Assembly: GCA_964387575.1 (NCBI GenBank)
Contig: CAYLZA010000001.1
Coordinates: forward strand, 1-29,349
Direction of reading: 5' to 3'
Source of the DNA: an uncultured Spirochaetales bacterium
Lineage (GTDB): Bacteria > Spirochaetota > Spirochaetia > ARS1246
Length of the DNA stretch: 29,349 bases
The notes under the pieces are model-generated. The model was not told the DNA's origin. It saw only the letters and a program-made list of their open reading frames with translations, and searched no databases. The position numbers and the translations under genes were made by a program. Every line of letters starts with the position of its first letter. Position 1 is the stretch's first letter. Shown piece after piece: positions 7,623 to 16,878 of the stretch.

Positions 7623-9730
7623 CGTTTTATATCGAGAATTGTAAGCTGAATGTTTTCGCGGTTCTGGAAGTAGTTTCGTCCGAGCCTGAACGCGATATCA
7701 ACCGTATCGTTGAGAGCAAAATCCTTATTGACTCTGTCGGCACTGTTCCAGAACACCGCAGGCCATTTGTGCTTCCCCGAATCTATAAGCAGACGCAGGT
7801 GACTGGGATCTTTACGGCCGATGATTTTCATCTCAACGATCTTTGCACGCCGGAGCACGAACACAAGCGGTGGATTCGCCTCTCCGAACGGAGCGAATCG
7901 TTCTACGACATCGATGAGCTTGGGCGTCATGTACTGCTGCGGGAGCTCGGCATCGATCTGTACGAGCAGTTGCTCATCGTCTCCCATCTCGAGGTTTTCG
8001 GCGAGCTCGAATAACCGCTTCTGAAACCGTTCATAATCCTCGAGCTTCATGCTGTAACCGGCGGCATAATCGTGTCCACCGTAGTCAACAAAAATATCGG
8101 AAAACGAATCGAGAAATCGTTTGATATTAATACCTTTTACGCTTCTCGCCGAACCGACGGCCCGTCCCTCCATCAGCGAAACCACCATCGCCGGTGCGTT
8201 GAAGTACTTTGAAAGCCTCGATGCGATTATTCCGGTTATGCCACGATGGATGGTATTCCCTCCCACCTGGATCAAACGTCCATCGGTGTCGCTATAGCTT
8301 TTTTTCGCTTCCGAAAGAACCGACTCCCAGGCATGTTCCCCGAGGCGTTTCCTTTCGTTGTTGAGCCCGAGGATCTCATCAACCAGAGACATTCGTTCCA
8401 CTTCATCCTCGCAGAGGAAAAGCTCCACCGCCTTGTTCGGCACTCCGAGACGACCGGTGGCGTTGATGAGCGGAGATATCTGCCAGCTGATATCGGTGGT
8501 ACTGATCCGCTTTCCGGACAAATTCGTTCTCGTAATCAGATCCCTGATCGCGCCTCGCGGATTGTCGTTGATGCGCTCTAATCCGACATTCACGAGAATT
8601 CTGTTCTCATCCTGCAGCGGCATCAAATCCGCCAGCGTCCCTATCGCGACCAGATCGAGACAGGAGCGAAATCCTTCGGAGATACTCTCCTCGCTTTGTA
8701 CGAGATACGAAACAAACAGCCGTTTGAGTACATCGATCTCGGTCCCGTTCCCGTCGTCATAGCGGGTGATTTTCGGCGTCGTGCTCATCCGATACAGACT
8801 CATCTCACCGAGCGAGGGAAACACCCGCTGGATATCGGGTGCGATATCCGTCACACCGATCTCGGCTTCCGGACCGAAAATCCGTCTGAGAAGCTTCAGC
8901 TGCGTTGCCTCGTCGTATACGAATATCTCTCTGCCCGATAAAAAGTGTCCGAGTCTCGTCTGATCGATTCCTACCATCCCCGGAACGATGTTTTCCGTTA
9001 TTCGATCAACCTCGACGAGATTCGTAAGCAGCACAGCCTCGAGCACGAGCGTTTCATTCCCGGGACGAACATTGAGGAGACACACCGTACGGTTATACAG
9101 GGGTAGTTTCGAAAACTGCAGCGCCCATATCACTTTCGAAGTGACACCACACCCGGCAAGATCCCGAAACGGATATCCCGATTCGGAAACCTTCGGATTG
9201 ATCACCGCATAAGCGTCGGGCAGCACTTCCTGCGGATTGTGATGATCGATAATAATCGTATCGATACCACGTTCGAGGGCGTAGGAGACCTCGTCGTGAT
9301 TCGAAATACCGCAGTCAACGGTAATCATCAACGAACCATCGGCAGCCGCAAGCTCGTCTATCGCCTCGGTCGTAAGCCCGTATGGATCATCGCCTTGCGG
9401 GACGTACCACTGCGTTTCGATTCCGAAATCGCGCAGCGCCTCCACCATGAGAACGGTGGAGGTGATCCCGTCGGCGTCTCTATCCCCGAAAACCGCCGCC
9501 CGTTCCTCTTCGTCTCGAGCTCGTGTGATCCGGTCGATGACGTCTTCCATTTCGATGAATTGAAACGGATTGTGAAGATGGACGATATCCTTTTCGAGAT
9601 AGTATTTGACCTGCGACGGTTCGGTTATTCCCCGCCGGACGAGAATCGATGCCGTCAGCAAACCGACCCCGTACCGTGCTGAAATCGATCGTACTTCATC
9701 GCGGTCGATTTGCTCTTTGTGCCACTCCAT
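7619..9730 (-). CDS. recJ: Single-stranded-DNA-specific exonuclease RecJ with an ~130-aa internal insertion
   Basis: DHH-family motifs FGDRDADG, TVDCG, IDHH, GTLAD, INATGRLG, GSARS, GGHDYAAG, PFGEANP. Start placed at ATG 9730 (MEWHKEQID). Confidence 0.95.
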   Translation of the reverse strand: MEWHKEQIDRDEVRSISARYGVGLLTASILVRRGITEPSQVKYYLEKDIVHLHNPFQFIEMEDVIDRITRARDEEERAAVFGDRDADGITSTVLMVEALRDFGIETQWYVPQGDDPYGLTTEAIDELAAADGSLMITVDCGISNHDEVSYALERGIDTIIIDHHNPQEVLPDAYAVINPKVSESGYPFRDLAGCGVTSKVIWALQFSKLPLYNRTVCLLNVRPGNETLVLEAVLLTNLVEVDRITENIVPGMVGIDQTRLGHFLSGREIFVYDEATQLKLLRRIFGPEAEIGVTDIAPDIQRVFPSLGEMSLYRMSTTPKITRYDDGNGTEIDVLKRLFVSYLVQSEESISEGFRSCLDLVAIGTLADLMPLQDENRILVNVGLERINDNPRGAIRDLITRTNLSGKRISTTDISWQISPLINATGRLGVPNKAVELFLCEDEVERMSLVDEILGLNNERKRLGEHAWESVLSEAKKSYSDTDGRLIQVGGNTIHRGITGIIASRLSKYFNAPAMVVSLMEGRAVGSARSVKGINIKRFLDSFSDIFVDYGGHDYAAGYSMKLEDYERFQKRLFELAENLEMGDDEQLLVQIDAELPQQYMTPKLIDVVERFAPFGEANPPLVFVLRRAKIVEMKIIGRKDPSHLRLLIDSGKHKWPAVFWNSADRVNKDFALNDTVDIAFRLGRNYFQNRENIQLTILDIKR

Positions 9731-9743
9731 TTTGTTGTGCCGT

Positions 9744-9772
9744 AGTGTACATGGGAGTCGACGGCCCGTCAA
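9744..9772 (-). promoter_or_regulatory. Sigma70-type recJ promoter
   Basis: TTGACG (9772-9767), 17 nt, TACACT (9749-9744), 13 nt before the ATG at 9730. Confidence 0.6.
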
Positions 9773-9846
9773 ATCGAATCGTCGGGAAACGGCTTCGAGG
9801 CGTTTATGGGCGCATAGTTATCCAAAATCCGTAACCAGATTTTGAA

Positions 9847-10416
9847 TTACTGGTCCGTCGGGGCGCTATTCGCCGGGAATGACCGTTCAAAGAGACGGTC
9901 GTATATTGCTCCCTGCGGAGTAAGCGTGGAGCGGAAAGCCACGATAGATTCGATGGGAAACGCAATATCGATCTTTACATGCTCGAGCGAATCGTCGAAA
10001 GCACGGGAAATCCGCTTTTTTACCCGCGCGATCGTAACGTGCGGTGTAAACTTGTTGTTTTTCTTCTGCATGTACGGTCTGATTGTTTCTGCGAGCTTCC
10101 GGTGAAGCTCGGTCGTTGCTTCTGCACCATCGTCGAGCGGTGCATACACAACGCGTGGAGGGCCTTTATGCGGAAATTTCCCGAGACCGGTGATACGTGC
10201 TTCGTAACACCCAACGGAAATATCGACTTGTCGTAAAGCCGATGTGAGTTGCTCCACATCCGACTCCCCGGTTTCGCCGAGAAAAAACATCGTAATATGA
10301 TATGCCTCCGGCTTCACCCATTTGAGGTCGGGGTACTCGGATCGAAGGTTCCGTGTTTCGCGATAAAGCTTGTTCCGTGCGGCTTCCGGCAACGGGATAC
10401 CAATAAATGCTCTCAT
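9847..10416 (-). CDS. thpR: RNA 2',3'-cyclic phosphodiesterase (2H phosphoesterase, 2'-5' RNA ligase family)
   Basis: MRAFIGIPLP start, two HxT motifs (YHITM, PHVTIARVK), SxLTPQGAIY; GGAGG SD. Confidence 0.92.
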   Translation of the reverse strand: MRAFIGIPLPEAARNKLYRETRNLRSEYPDLKWVKPEAYHITMFFLGETGESDVEQLTSALRQVDISVGCYEARITGLGKFPHKGPPRVVYAPLDDGAEATTELHRKLAETIRPYMQKKNNKFTPHVTIARVKKRISRAFDDSLEHVKIDIAFPIESIVAFRSTLTPQGAIYDRLFERSFPANSAPTDQ

Positions 10417-10441
10417 ACAACCTCCATGAGGGATAATATAC

Positions 10442-11203
10442 TTACAGCAATCCGCCGGAGCTCCTTACCGTCGACAAGGGTTTCTCGATAATTCCCTGAA
10501 CAATTCTGATAAGCGACGTTTTCGCGCCTTTTCTCGATCGATCATCCAACGATACGGTAAGAGCCTCATTCATTCTCATATGCTCGGTGTGAACAAGGTA
10601 AGCTCGCGCTCCCGCGCTCAGCAACGACGATTCCGGCGACTTGCAGGAGCCGCAGGTTACAACTCCGCCGTTCGAAACATAGAGATGGTCCTTTTGACCG
10701 ACCCGCTTTCCACACATTGAGCAATGAGCCAGCTCGGGCGGGTATCCGATAACCGTCAAAAAACGAAAGAGCGATTGCGTCAAAAGATAGTCGCATTCGG
10801 TATCATCTGCACGCTCGAGAAGCGCAAACGCATTGAGCAGCGTACCGTGAAGCCTTCGATGCTCATCACCGCCCGCGTAGGTTTTGAGTACCACTTCGCA
10901 CAGCAGCGAAGCTGCGTAATAACGTTTTACGTCGTTTCTGATTTCCGTGAAAAACGATATCGGTTCGGCGTCCGTAAGTTTGTAGTTTTTCTTTACCGGT
11001 TCATAGTAGAGGTGAGCCGTGATCCGTCCAAACGGATCACTCACTCCGGACAATTTGCTCCTGGATTTGTAAGCCCCGTACGCCACGGCATCGATAATGC
11101 CGAGCTCAACGGTGAGTAGGGACAAACGTTTGTGATACTCACCGAAACGCGCAACCCGAAGAACAATTGCGTCGGTCGTCATGTAACGTGACACAACGCT
11201 CAT
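10442..11203 (-). CDS. recO: DNA repair protein RecO
   Basis: TDAIVLR...GEYHKRLSLLT..LG...A.GA.KS.SKL; C-terminal Zn finger CSMCG...VTCGSC. Start placed at ATG 11203; the ORF track extends to 11278. Confidence 0.92.
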   Translation of the reverse strand: MSVVSRYMTTDAIVLRVARFGEYHKRLSLLTVELGIIDAVAYGAYKSRSKLSGVSDPFGRITAHLYYEPVKKNYKLTDAEPISFFTEIRNDVKRYYAASLLCEVVLKTYAGGDEHRRLHGTLLNAFALLERADDTECDYLLTQSLFRFLTVIGYPPELAHCSMCGKRVGQKDHLYVSNGGVVTCGSCKSPESSLLSAGARAYLVHTEHMRMNEALTVSLDDRSRKGAKTSLIRIVQGIIEKPLSTVRSSGGLL

Positions 11204-11355
11204 GATATGACGTCGTCGGCAAAAAGAAAACCATATGTCCTTTCCGCCCTCCCACCCAAGTTGAAGATCCGATGGCATTTTAGTACTTTACAGCTACAAC
11301 TCAAATTAGTGAGATAACAATTAATATGGAACACGAAAAGTCAAAAAGGATTATT

Positions 11356-13713
11356 ATGCCCGGGAACCAACTCATTCCTGCAGACCAGATGCTTCCGGGC
11401 AAGCTCCTGATACTCCCGCTGACCGGACGCCCGCTCTTTCCCGGGATTTTTACTCCGCTGGTTGTCGCGGACGAAGCCGGAATGAAGCTGATTGATCAGG
11501 CGATGTCTTCGACCAATATGTTCGGCGTCGTTCTGACAAAAGAAGCGGATATTGAAAATCCGACTGCGGACTCACTCTATCATGTAGGTACCGCGTGCAA
11601 GATTGTCCGAAAAATCAACCTTCCCGACGGCGGAGTCAACATTTTTGTCTCCACTCTCAAGCGGTTCCGGGTGGCGAAATTTATTTCGCAAGAACGGCCG
11701 ATCTCCGCCGCGGTCGAATATCTCGACGACGAAACCGAGGACACCGACGAAGTAAAGGCGCTCACCCGTTCTCTGATTTCGGAGATGAAACAGCTTTCGG
11801 AGAACAACCCGCTTTTTACCGAACAGATGCGTCTTGATATGGTCAACATCGACCAACCGGGCAAAATAGCGGACTTTATTACTTCGATTCTGAATATCGA
11901 CCGTGATCAACAGCAGCACGTGCTCGAAACGACCAATGTGCAAAATCGAATGGAGCAGGTGCTTGTTCATATCAAACGGGAACAGGAACTGCTGAAGATA
12001 CAGCAACGTATTCAAAATCAGATCAATGAGAAAATCGAAAAAAGCCAACGAGAGTACTTTCTCAAAGAACAGCTGAAAGCGATCAAACAAGAGCTCGGAA
12101 TGCCGGTAGACTCGAAGAGCAGCGAGTATCAGCGCTTTAAGGAGGCGATTGAAGAGCTCGGTCTGTCTGGAGAGGTCAAGGAACAGGTAGAGGAAGAGCT
12201 CGAGAAGTTCTCGCTTATGGATCCGAATTCGTCGGAGTTTATCGTAACGAGAAATTACCTCGAGACGATCATCTCTCTTCCGTGGAAAGAGCCTGCGCCG
12301 GAGGAGTTCGAGCTCGAAGAGGCACAGAAGATCCTCGACGCAGATCACTACGGGCTCGAGGATGTAAAAAACAGAATCGTCGAGTTTCTCGCCGTACGAA
12401 AGCTGAAAAAGGATTCAAAAGGATCGATCGTGTGTCTCGTCGGGCCGCCGGGCGTAGGGAAGACTTCGGTCGGGAAATCGATTGCCCGCGCTCTCAACAA
12501 GGAGTTCTTTCGGTTTTCAGTCGGCGGAATACGCGATGAGGCTGAAATCAAGGGACATCGGCGGACCTATGTGGGAGCAATGCCCGGAAAAATCTTACAG
12601 GGTTTGAAGCTGGTAAAAAGCAAAGATCCGGTGTTCATGATCGATGAAATCGACAAGCTCGGGGTATCGTTTCAGGGAGATCCTTCCTCGGCATTGCTCG
12701 AGGTGCTCGATCCCGAGCAGAACGTTGCATTCAGGGATCACTATCTCGATCTCCCGTTTGACATCTCCAATATTCTTTTCGTTGCGACGGCGAATACGCT
12801 CGACACGATACCGCGTCCGCTGATCGATCGAATGGAGATAATCCATCTACCAGGTTATATCGACGAAGAGAAAATCGCGATTGCCACAAAATATCTGGTT
12901 CCGAAATCGCTCGAACGCGCCGGGCTCAAGAAGAGCAAAGTTCGTTATACGAAAGCGGCGCTCCGTGCGATTGCCAACGGGTATGCCCGTGAAGCGGGTA
13001 TGCGGACATTCGAGAAAAACCTCGACAAAATCCACAGAAAACTCGCCAGAAAGCTCGTTCTCGAAGAGAGCACGGAGGCGATTTCCATCAAGCCGGAATC
13101 GCTCGAGGAATACCTGGGACAGCCGATTTTTCGTCATGAAAAACTCGCGGCACCGATAAGACCGGGAATGGCAGTCGGTCTGGCGTGGACCAATTTCGGC
13201 GGCGATGTGCTCGTAATTGAGGCGGTGCACAACACCGGCAAGGAAAGTTTCCGCCTTACCGGGCAGATGGGCGAAGTTATGCAGGAATCGGCGAATATTG
13301 CATATACCTACGTGCGTCATATTGCAGAATCGTACGGCGCGAGTCAGGAATTTTTCGAGGAGAATATTATTCACCTCCACATTCCCGCAGGCGCAACACC
13401 GAAAGATGGTCCATCGGCAGGAATTACCATGGCTACGGCACTCTTATCGCTGGTTACCAACAGCAAGGTGCGCAAAAACGTTGCGATGACCGGAGAGCTT
13501 TCACTGATCGGCTCGGTACTTCCGATCGGAGGGCTCAAAGAAAAAACAATAGCCGCGCGAAGAAACTCGATAAAAACGATTATCATACCGAAACAGAACG
13601 AGAAGGATCTGGAAGACATCCAGGATCATGTTAAAAAAGGTATCGAGTTCAAACCGGTTGAAACGATGGAAGAAGTTATAGAGATTCTCTTTCCCGCATT
13701 GAAGAAAACCTGA
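11356..13713 (+). CDS. lon: ATP-dependent protease La (Lon)
   Basis: Walker A GPPGVGKT, Walker B MIDEIDK, GHRRTYVGAMPG, catalytic Ser PKDGPSAG and Lys GGLKEK. AAGGA SD favours ATG 11356 over 11326. Confidence 0.97.
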   Translation: MPGNQLIPADQMLPGKLLILPLTGRPLFPGIFTPLVVADEAGMKLIDQAMSSTNMFGVVLTKEADIENPTADSLYHVGTACKIVRKINLPDGGVNIFVSTLKRFRVAKFISQERPISAAVEYLDDETEDTDEVKALTRSLISEMKQLSENNPLFTEQMRLDMVNIDQPGKIADFITSILNIDRDQQQHVLETTNVQNRMEQVLVHIKREQELLKIQQRIQNQINEKIEKSQREYFLKEQLKAIKQELGMPVDSKSSEYQRFKEAIEELGLSGEVKEQVEEELEKFSLMDPNSSEFIVTRNYLETIISLPWKEPAPEEFELEEAQKILDADHYGLEDVKNRIVEFLAVRKLKKDSKGSIVCLVGPPGVGKTSVGKSIARALNKEFFRFSVGGIRDEAEIKGHRRTYVGAMPGKILQGLKLVKSKDPVFMIDEIDKLGVSFQGDPSSALLEVLDPEQNVAFRDHYLDLPFDISNILFVATANTLDTIPRPLIDRMEIIHLPGYIDEEKIAIATKYLVPKSLERAGLKKSKVRYTKAALRAIANGYAREAGMRTFEKNLDKIHRKLARKLVLEESTEAISIKPESLEEYLGQPIFRHEKLAAPIRPGMAVGLAWTNFGGDVLVIEAVHNTGKESFRLTGQMGEVMQESANIAYTYVRHIAESYGASQEFFEENIIHLHIPAGATPKDGPSAGITMATALLSLVTNSKVRKNVAMTGELSLIGSVLPIGGLKEKTIAARRNSIKTIIIPKQNEKDLEDIQDHVKKGIEFKPVETMEEVIEILFPALKKT

Positions 13714-13745
13714 AAAAGCTGACTCCCGGAGAGTAGTCTGAAGGT

Positions 13746-14663
13746 ATGAAAAGCGTATGGTGTGACATGGATGAACGGCGTAGCACGATCACGATCAGCA
13801 GCACATGCAAAACCGATGTGCGTTACCCGGTTCTCGTATTCGCGCTGACCCTTGCAGTGCTGGCGACCGTATCCTGTTCTCCGGAGGAGTCCTCAGAAGG
13901 AAACGCGGTGGATCGTATTCACTCATCGTTTACGCTCACGATGGATGATCTCGATTCGGTCATTTCAGAGTTGCCTGCCGGAATCGCCGATTCGATTCGC
14001 ACGAGCCCGTGGTATTTTCTCGAGCTAACCAGACGCATACTCGAGCAACCGCCCGAGCTATATGTGCTCGTCGATAAGGATCATCCGCTCTCGCCCGACC
14101 ACAGACCATCGGATCTCGTCGATCTTACCGAATACGATCTTACGCTCAATCGGAGGGATCTCAGATTGAGTCGATCGATTATGCCCGATGTTCTCTCAAT
14201 GACCGAAGCGGCCCGTATAGACGGAATCGAGCTGGTGTATTCTTCGACATATCGTTCGTACGAGTATCAGAAAGCTGTTTATGATCGTCATGTCCGCACA
14301 TACGGGAAAGAGCAGGCCGATCGCGAGTCCGCTCGGCCCGGGAGGTCTCAACATCAGCTCGGGACTACAATCGACTTCGGTTCGATTACCGATGCATTCG
14401 GTGATACCGATGCGGGTAAATGGCTGGTATCGAACGCGTGGCGATTTGGATTTTCCCTCTCCTACCCCGAAGGCGGTGAAGAGCTTACCGGCTATCGTCA
14501 CGAAATCTGGCACTATCGCTATCTGTCCCGGGTCGGCACACGGATGGAACGCGAGTTTTTTGCCGCGATTCAACAACACATGCTCGAGTTCTTCCACGAA
14601 CATCGAACGTTTTTTGTCTCTAATATGAACGATACAAAAGCCGATTCCGTTATCGACTCGTAG
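13746..14663 (+). CDS. M15B/VanY-type D-Ala-D-Ala carboxypeptidase, probable lipoprotein
   Basis: SxYRSYEYQ, ESARPGRSQHQLGTTIDF, RFGFSLSYP, EIWHYRY; hydrophobic signal ending ATVSC. Start uncertain (GTG 13818 is in frame). Confidence 0.88.
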   Translation: MKSVWCDMDERRSTITISSTCKTDVRYPVLVFALTLAVLATVSCSPEESSEGNAVDRIHSSFTLTMDDLDSVISELPAGIADSIRTSPWYFLELTRRILEQPPELYVLVDKDHPLSPDHRPSDLVDLTEYDLTLNRRDLRLSRSIMPDVLSMTEAARIDGIELVYSSTYRSYEYQKAVYDRHVRTYGKEQADRESARPGRSQHQLGTTIDFGSITDAFGDTDAGKWLVSNAWRFGFSLSYPEGGEELTGYRHEIWHYRYLSRVGTRMEREFFAAIQQHMLEFFHEHRTFFVSNMNDTKADSVIDS

Positions 14664-15837
14664 CCGCCGGCAACTCGGATTCGACGACGCTCCGACTCCA
14701 TCCTTCCCGCACCGCCCGTTCGTACGTTTTCGCTCGTTCGCGATCGTCGATCATTACAACGCCGCGCAGCGTATCCTCCTTATAATAAAAACAGCGGTAC
14801 ACCTCGCCTTTGTCCTCCACCGATCGATATTTCCGGATATCCCACGGGGCGGGTTTGTTGAGAGAAAAAAAGTAGCGATCAAAGACCTCGCATTTCAATC
14901 TGAAATCCGGACAACTGTGCCGGACTTTTTTCCCGAGTATGTTCCAGACCGCAATCCTTCCCTGATACTCGGCAGCGTGCCACAGATGTGTAATGCTGCC
15001 GTTCGGATGCTCGGCGGCGTCGCCGGCCGCATAGATTCCCTCCGCACTGGTGCGAAGCATTTCGTCCACGAGAATCCCACGGCCCGCGGCAATTCCCGAT
15101 CGTACCGCCAGATCAACAGACGGATCGATTCCGGCACACAGAACGATGTGATCTACCGTCCGCGAACCGTCACCGAGGTCGACGGTAAACCGTCCGTTTT
15201 TTTTCCGCCGAACCGAATCCACCCGCACCTCGAGCTGCAGATCAATACCGTGCTTTTTGAAATGCATGGTCATTATTTCCGAAGCGTGCTCGTTGAGCTC
15301 TTCCGACATGATTCGGTTTCCCGCACCGACGGCGATGATCTCGAGTCCCATCCTGGACAACTGCTCGCTCACTTCCACACCTAATACGCCGACGCCGACC
15401 ACGAGCACGCGCTCACCTGCGGAGACCGACGACTGAAGAATCTCTACATCGGCGATTGTTCGAATCACGTGGGCATCATCCGGATTTATCGGACGTCTCG
15501 GATCGGCACCGGGCGCGAGAACTACGTTGTCGAATCCGAATCGTTCCCCCGTTTCAGTAACGATTCGTTTTTTCGATATATCAATTTCGCGTACTCTCGT
15601 ATGCGTTGCAACGTCTATCCCGGACTCACGATACCATTCCGCCGTTTTTGATATGAACTCGTTTCGATCAAACGCACGGGCGATATTCTTTGATATTTTT
15701 GTTCGCTTGTACGGATATCGATCTTCCGCAGTAATAAGAAGAATCGTTTCATCCCCACCGGCTTCGGCAAATTCCTCCGCAGCGGCGATGCCGGCGCTTC
15801 CTCCCCCGACGATAATCGTATTCCAACTTTTCAACAT
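14650..15837 (-). CDS. FAD-dependent NAD(P)H oxidoreductase (rubredoxin/ferredoxin-reductase-like, pyridine nucleotide-disulfide oxidoreductase fold)
   Basis: IVGGGSAG, PYKRTKISK, LAPGA, VGVGVLGVE, VDEMLRTSAEGIYAAGD; GGAGG SD. Confidence 0.88.
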   Translation of the reverse strand: MLKSWNTIIVGGGSAGIAAAEEFAEAGGDETILLITAEDRYPYKRTKISKNIARAFDRNEFISKTAEWYRESGIDVATHTRVREIDISKKRIVTETGERFGFDNVVLAPGADPRRPINPDDAHVIRTIADVEILQSSVSAGERVLVVGVGVLGVEVSEQLSRMGLEIIAVGAGNRIMSEELNEHASEIMTMHFKKHGIDLQLEVRVDSVRRKKNGRFTVDLGDGSRTVDHIVLCAGIDPSVDLAVRSGIAAGRGILVDEMLRTSAEGIYAAGDAAEHPNGSITHLWHAAEYQGRIAVWNILGKKVRHSCPDFRLKCEVFDRYFFSLNKPAPWDIRKYRSVEDKGEVYRCFYYKEDTLRGVVMIDDRERAKTYERAVREGWSRSVVESELPAATSR

Positions 15838-15917
15838 GATCCTCCATGTGTGCGCGTATAGCTGAGACGGCGGCCTCGTGTTACAGTGATATGAGAAACA
15901 GATATCAGGGAGTATAT

Positions 15918-16226
15918 ATGATCGTCCGAATAATCCATGTCTACGTGAGAAAGGATACTGTTGATTCGTTTAAAGCGGCAACTATTCAAAACCATCGGGC
16001 ATCGCTCAAAGAGCCGGGGGTTCTTCGATTCGATGTACTTCAAGATGAATCGGATGAAACACATTTTGTCCTGTATGAGGTGTATCGCTCGGAGGAGGCA
16101 ACCGAGGCACACAAGGATACGCCTCACTATGCCGAGTGGAAGCAGGCCGTCACGCCGATGATGGCGAAGGATCGTGAACGGTCGAGTTTTTCACCGATCG
16201 CCCCGGTCGATGAATCAGGATGGTAA
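15918..16226 (+). CDS. lsrG: ABM-family protein closely resembling LsrG (phospho-AI-2 isomerase)
   Basis: NHRASLKEPGVLRFDVLQD...YEVYRSEEA..AHKDTPHY matches my recollection of the LsrG signature; AGGGAG SD before ATG 15918. The family is secure, the orthology is not. Confidence 0.7.
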   Translation: MIVRIIHVYVRKDTVDSFKAATIQNHRASLKEPGVLRFDVLQDESDETHFVLYEVYRSEEATEAHKDTPHYAEWKQAVTPMMAKDRERSSFSPIAPVDESGW

Positions 16227-16229
16227 CAT

Positions 16230-16874
16230 CTAACTCCTCGACGCTTTTCCGGTCATCGGAACAAATCGCACCGGTGTAAGTCTCGATCGGCTGAATCGAC
16301 CTTCTGTTTTCCGGAGAACAACGAGCTCCTGATACCCGAACGGTTTCCCTTCCGGATACAAGATCAACCCCGAATCCGCAAGTTGGTCGGAAATTTCCTC
16401 CGGTATTTTCTGAGTAGCCGCCGTGAGTATAATCCGATCGAACGGCGCATGCTCCCGATCGCCTGCGCTGCCGTCTCCGAAGACGCAATGAATGTTCGTG
16501 TACCCCAGTGCTTCCAAGGTTCTCTTTGCCCTTCTGAAGAGCACCTCCACGATCTCCACCGTATGAACCTCCTTGCAGATCTCACCGAGAACCGCCGCCT
16601 GGTATCCTGAACCGGTGCCAATTTCCAGCACATTTTCACCGCCGTTAAGCGAAAGTGCCTCGGTCATATATGCAACGATATACGGTTGCGAAATCGTCTG
16701 CCCCTTTCCGATTGGAATCGGGTGGTCCTCATATGTGGTATCCTGCTCGCGTGAAGGCACGAACTCGTGACGCGGAACCCGGCGCATTGCTTCGAGAATC
16801 CGCGGATCCCGTACGCCCCGGGCCGCTATCTGTTCTTCTACCATTCGGTTTCTTTTTTCTCTTTGTGCATCCAT
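16230..16874 (-). CDS. pcm: Protein-L-isoaspartate O-methyltransferase
   Basis: MVEEQIAARG, VPRHEFVP, PIGKGQTISQP, VLEIGTGSGY, APFDRII, VRFVPM. Confidence 0.96.
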   Translation of the reverse strand: MDAQREKRNRMVEEQIAARGVRDPRILEAMRRVPRHEFVPSREQDTTYEDHPIPIGKGQTISQPYIVAYMTEALSLNGGENVLEIGTGSGYQAAVLGEICKEVHTVEIVEVLFRRAKRTLEALGYTNIHCVFGDGSAGDREHAPFDRIILTAATQKIPEEISDQLADSGLILYPEGKPFGYQELVVLRKTEGRFSRSRLTPVRFVPMTGKASRS

Positions 16875-16878
16875 ATCT

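Noticed and set aside
9826-9846. DnaA-box-like TTATCCAAA and the adjacent 7-bp hairpin
   Set aside because: A single mismatched box and a weak AT-rich stem are within chance expectation
7619-16874. A unified macromolecule-repair island (RecJ/RecO, ThpR, Lon, PIMT), or PIMT dedicated to the Asp-rich protein
   Set aside because: The genes lie in different, oppositely oriented transcription units and are common housekeeping genes; no shared motif was seen
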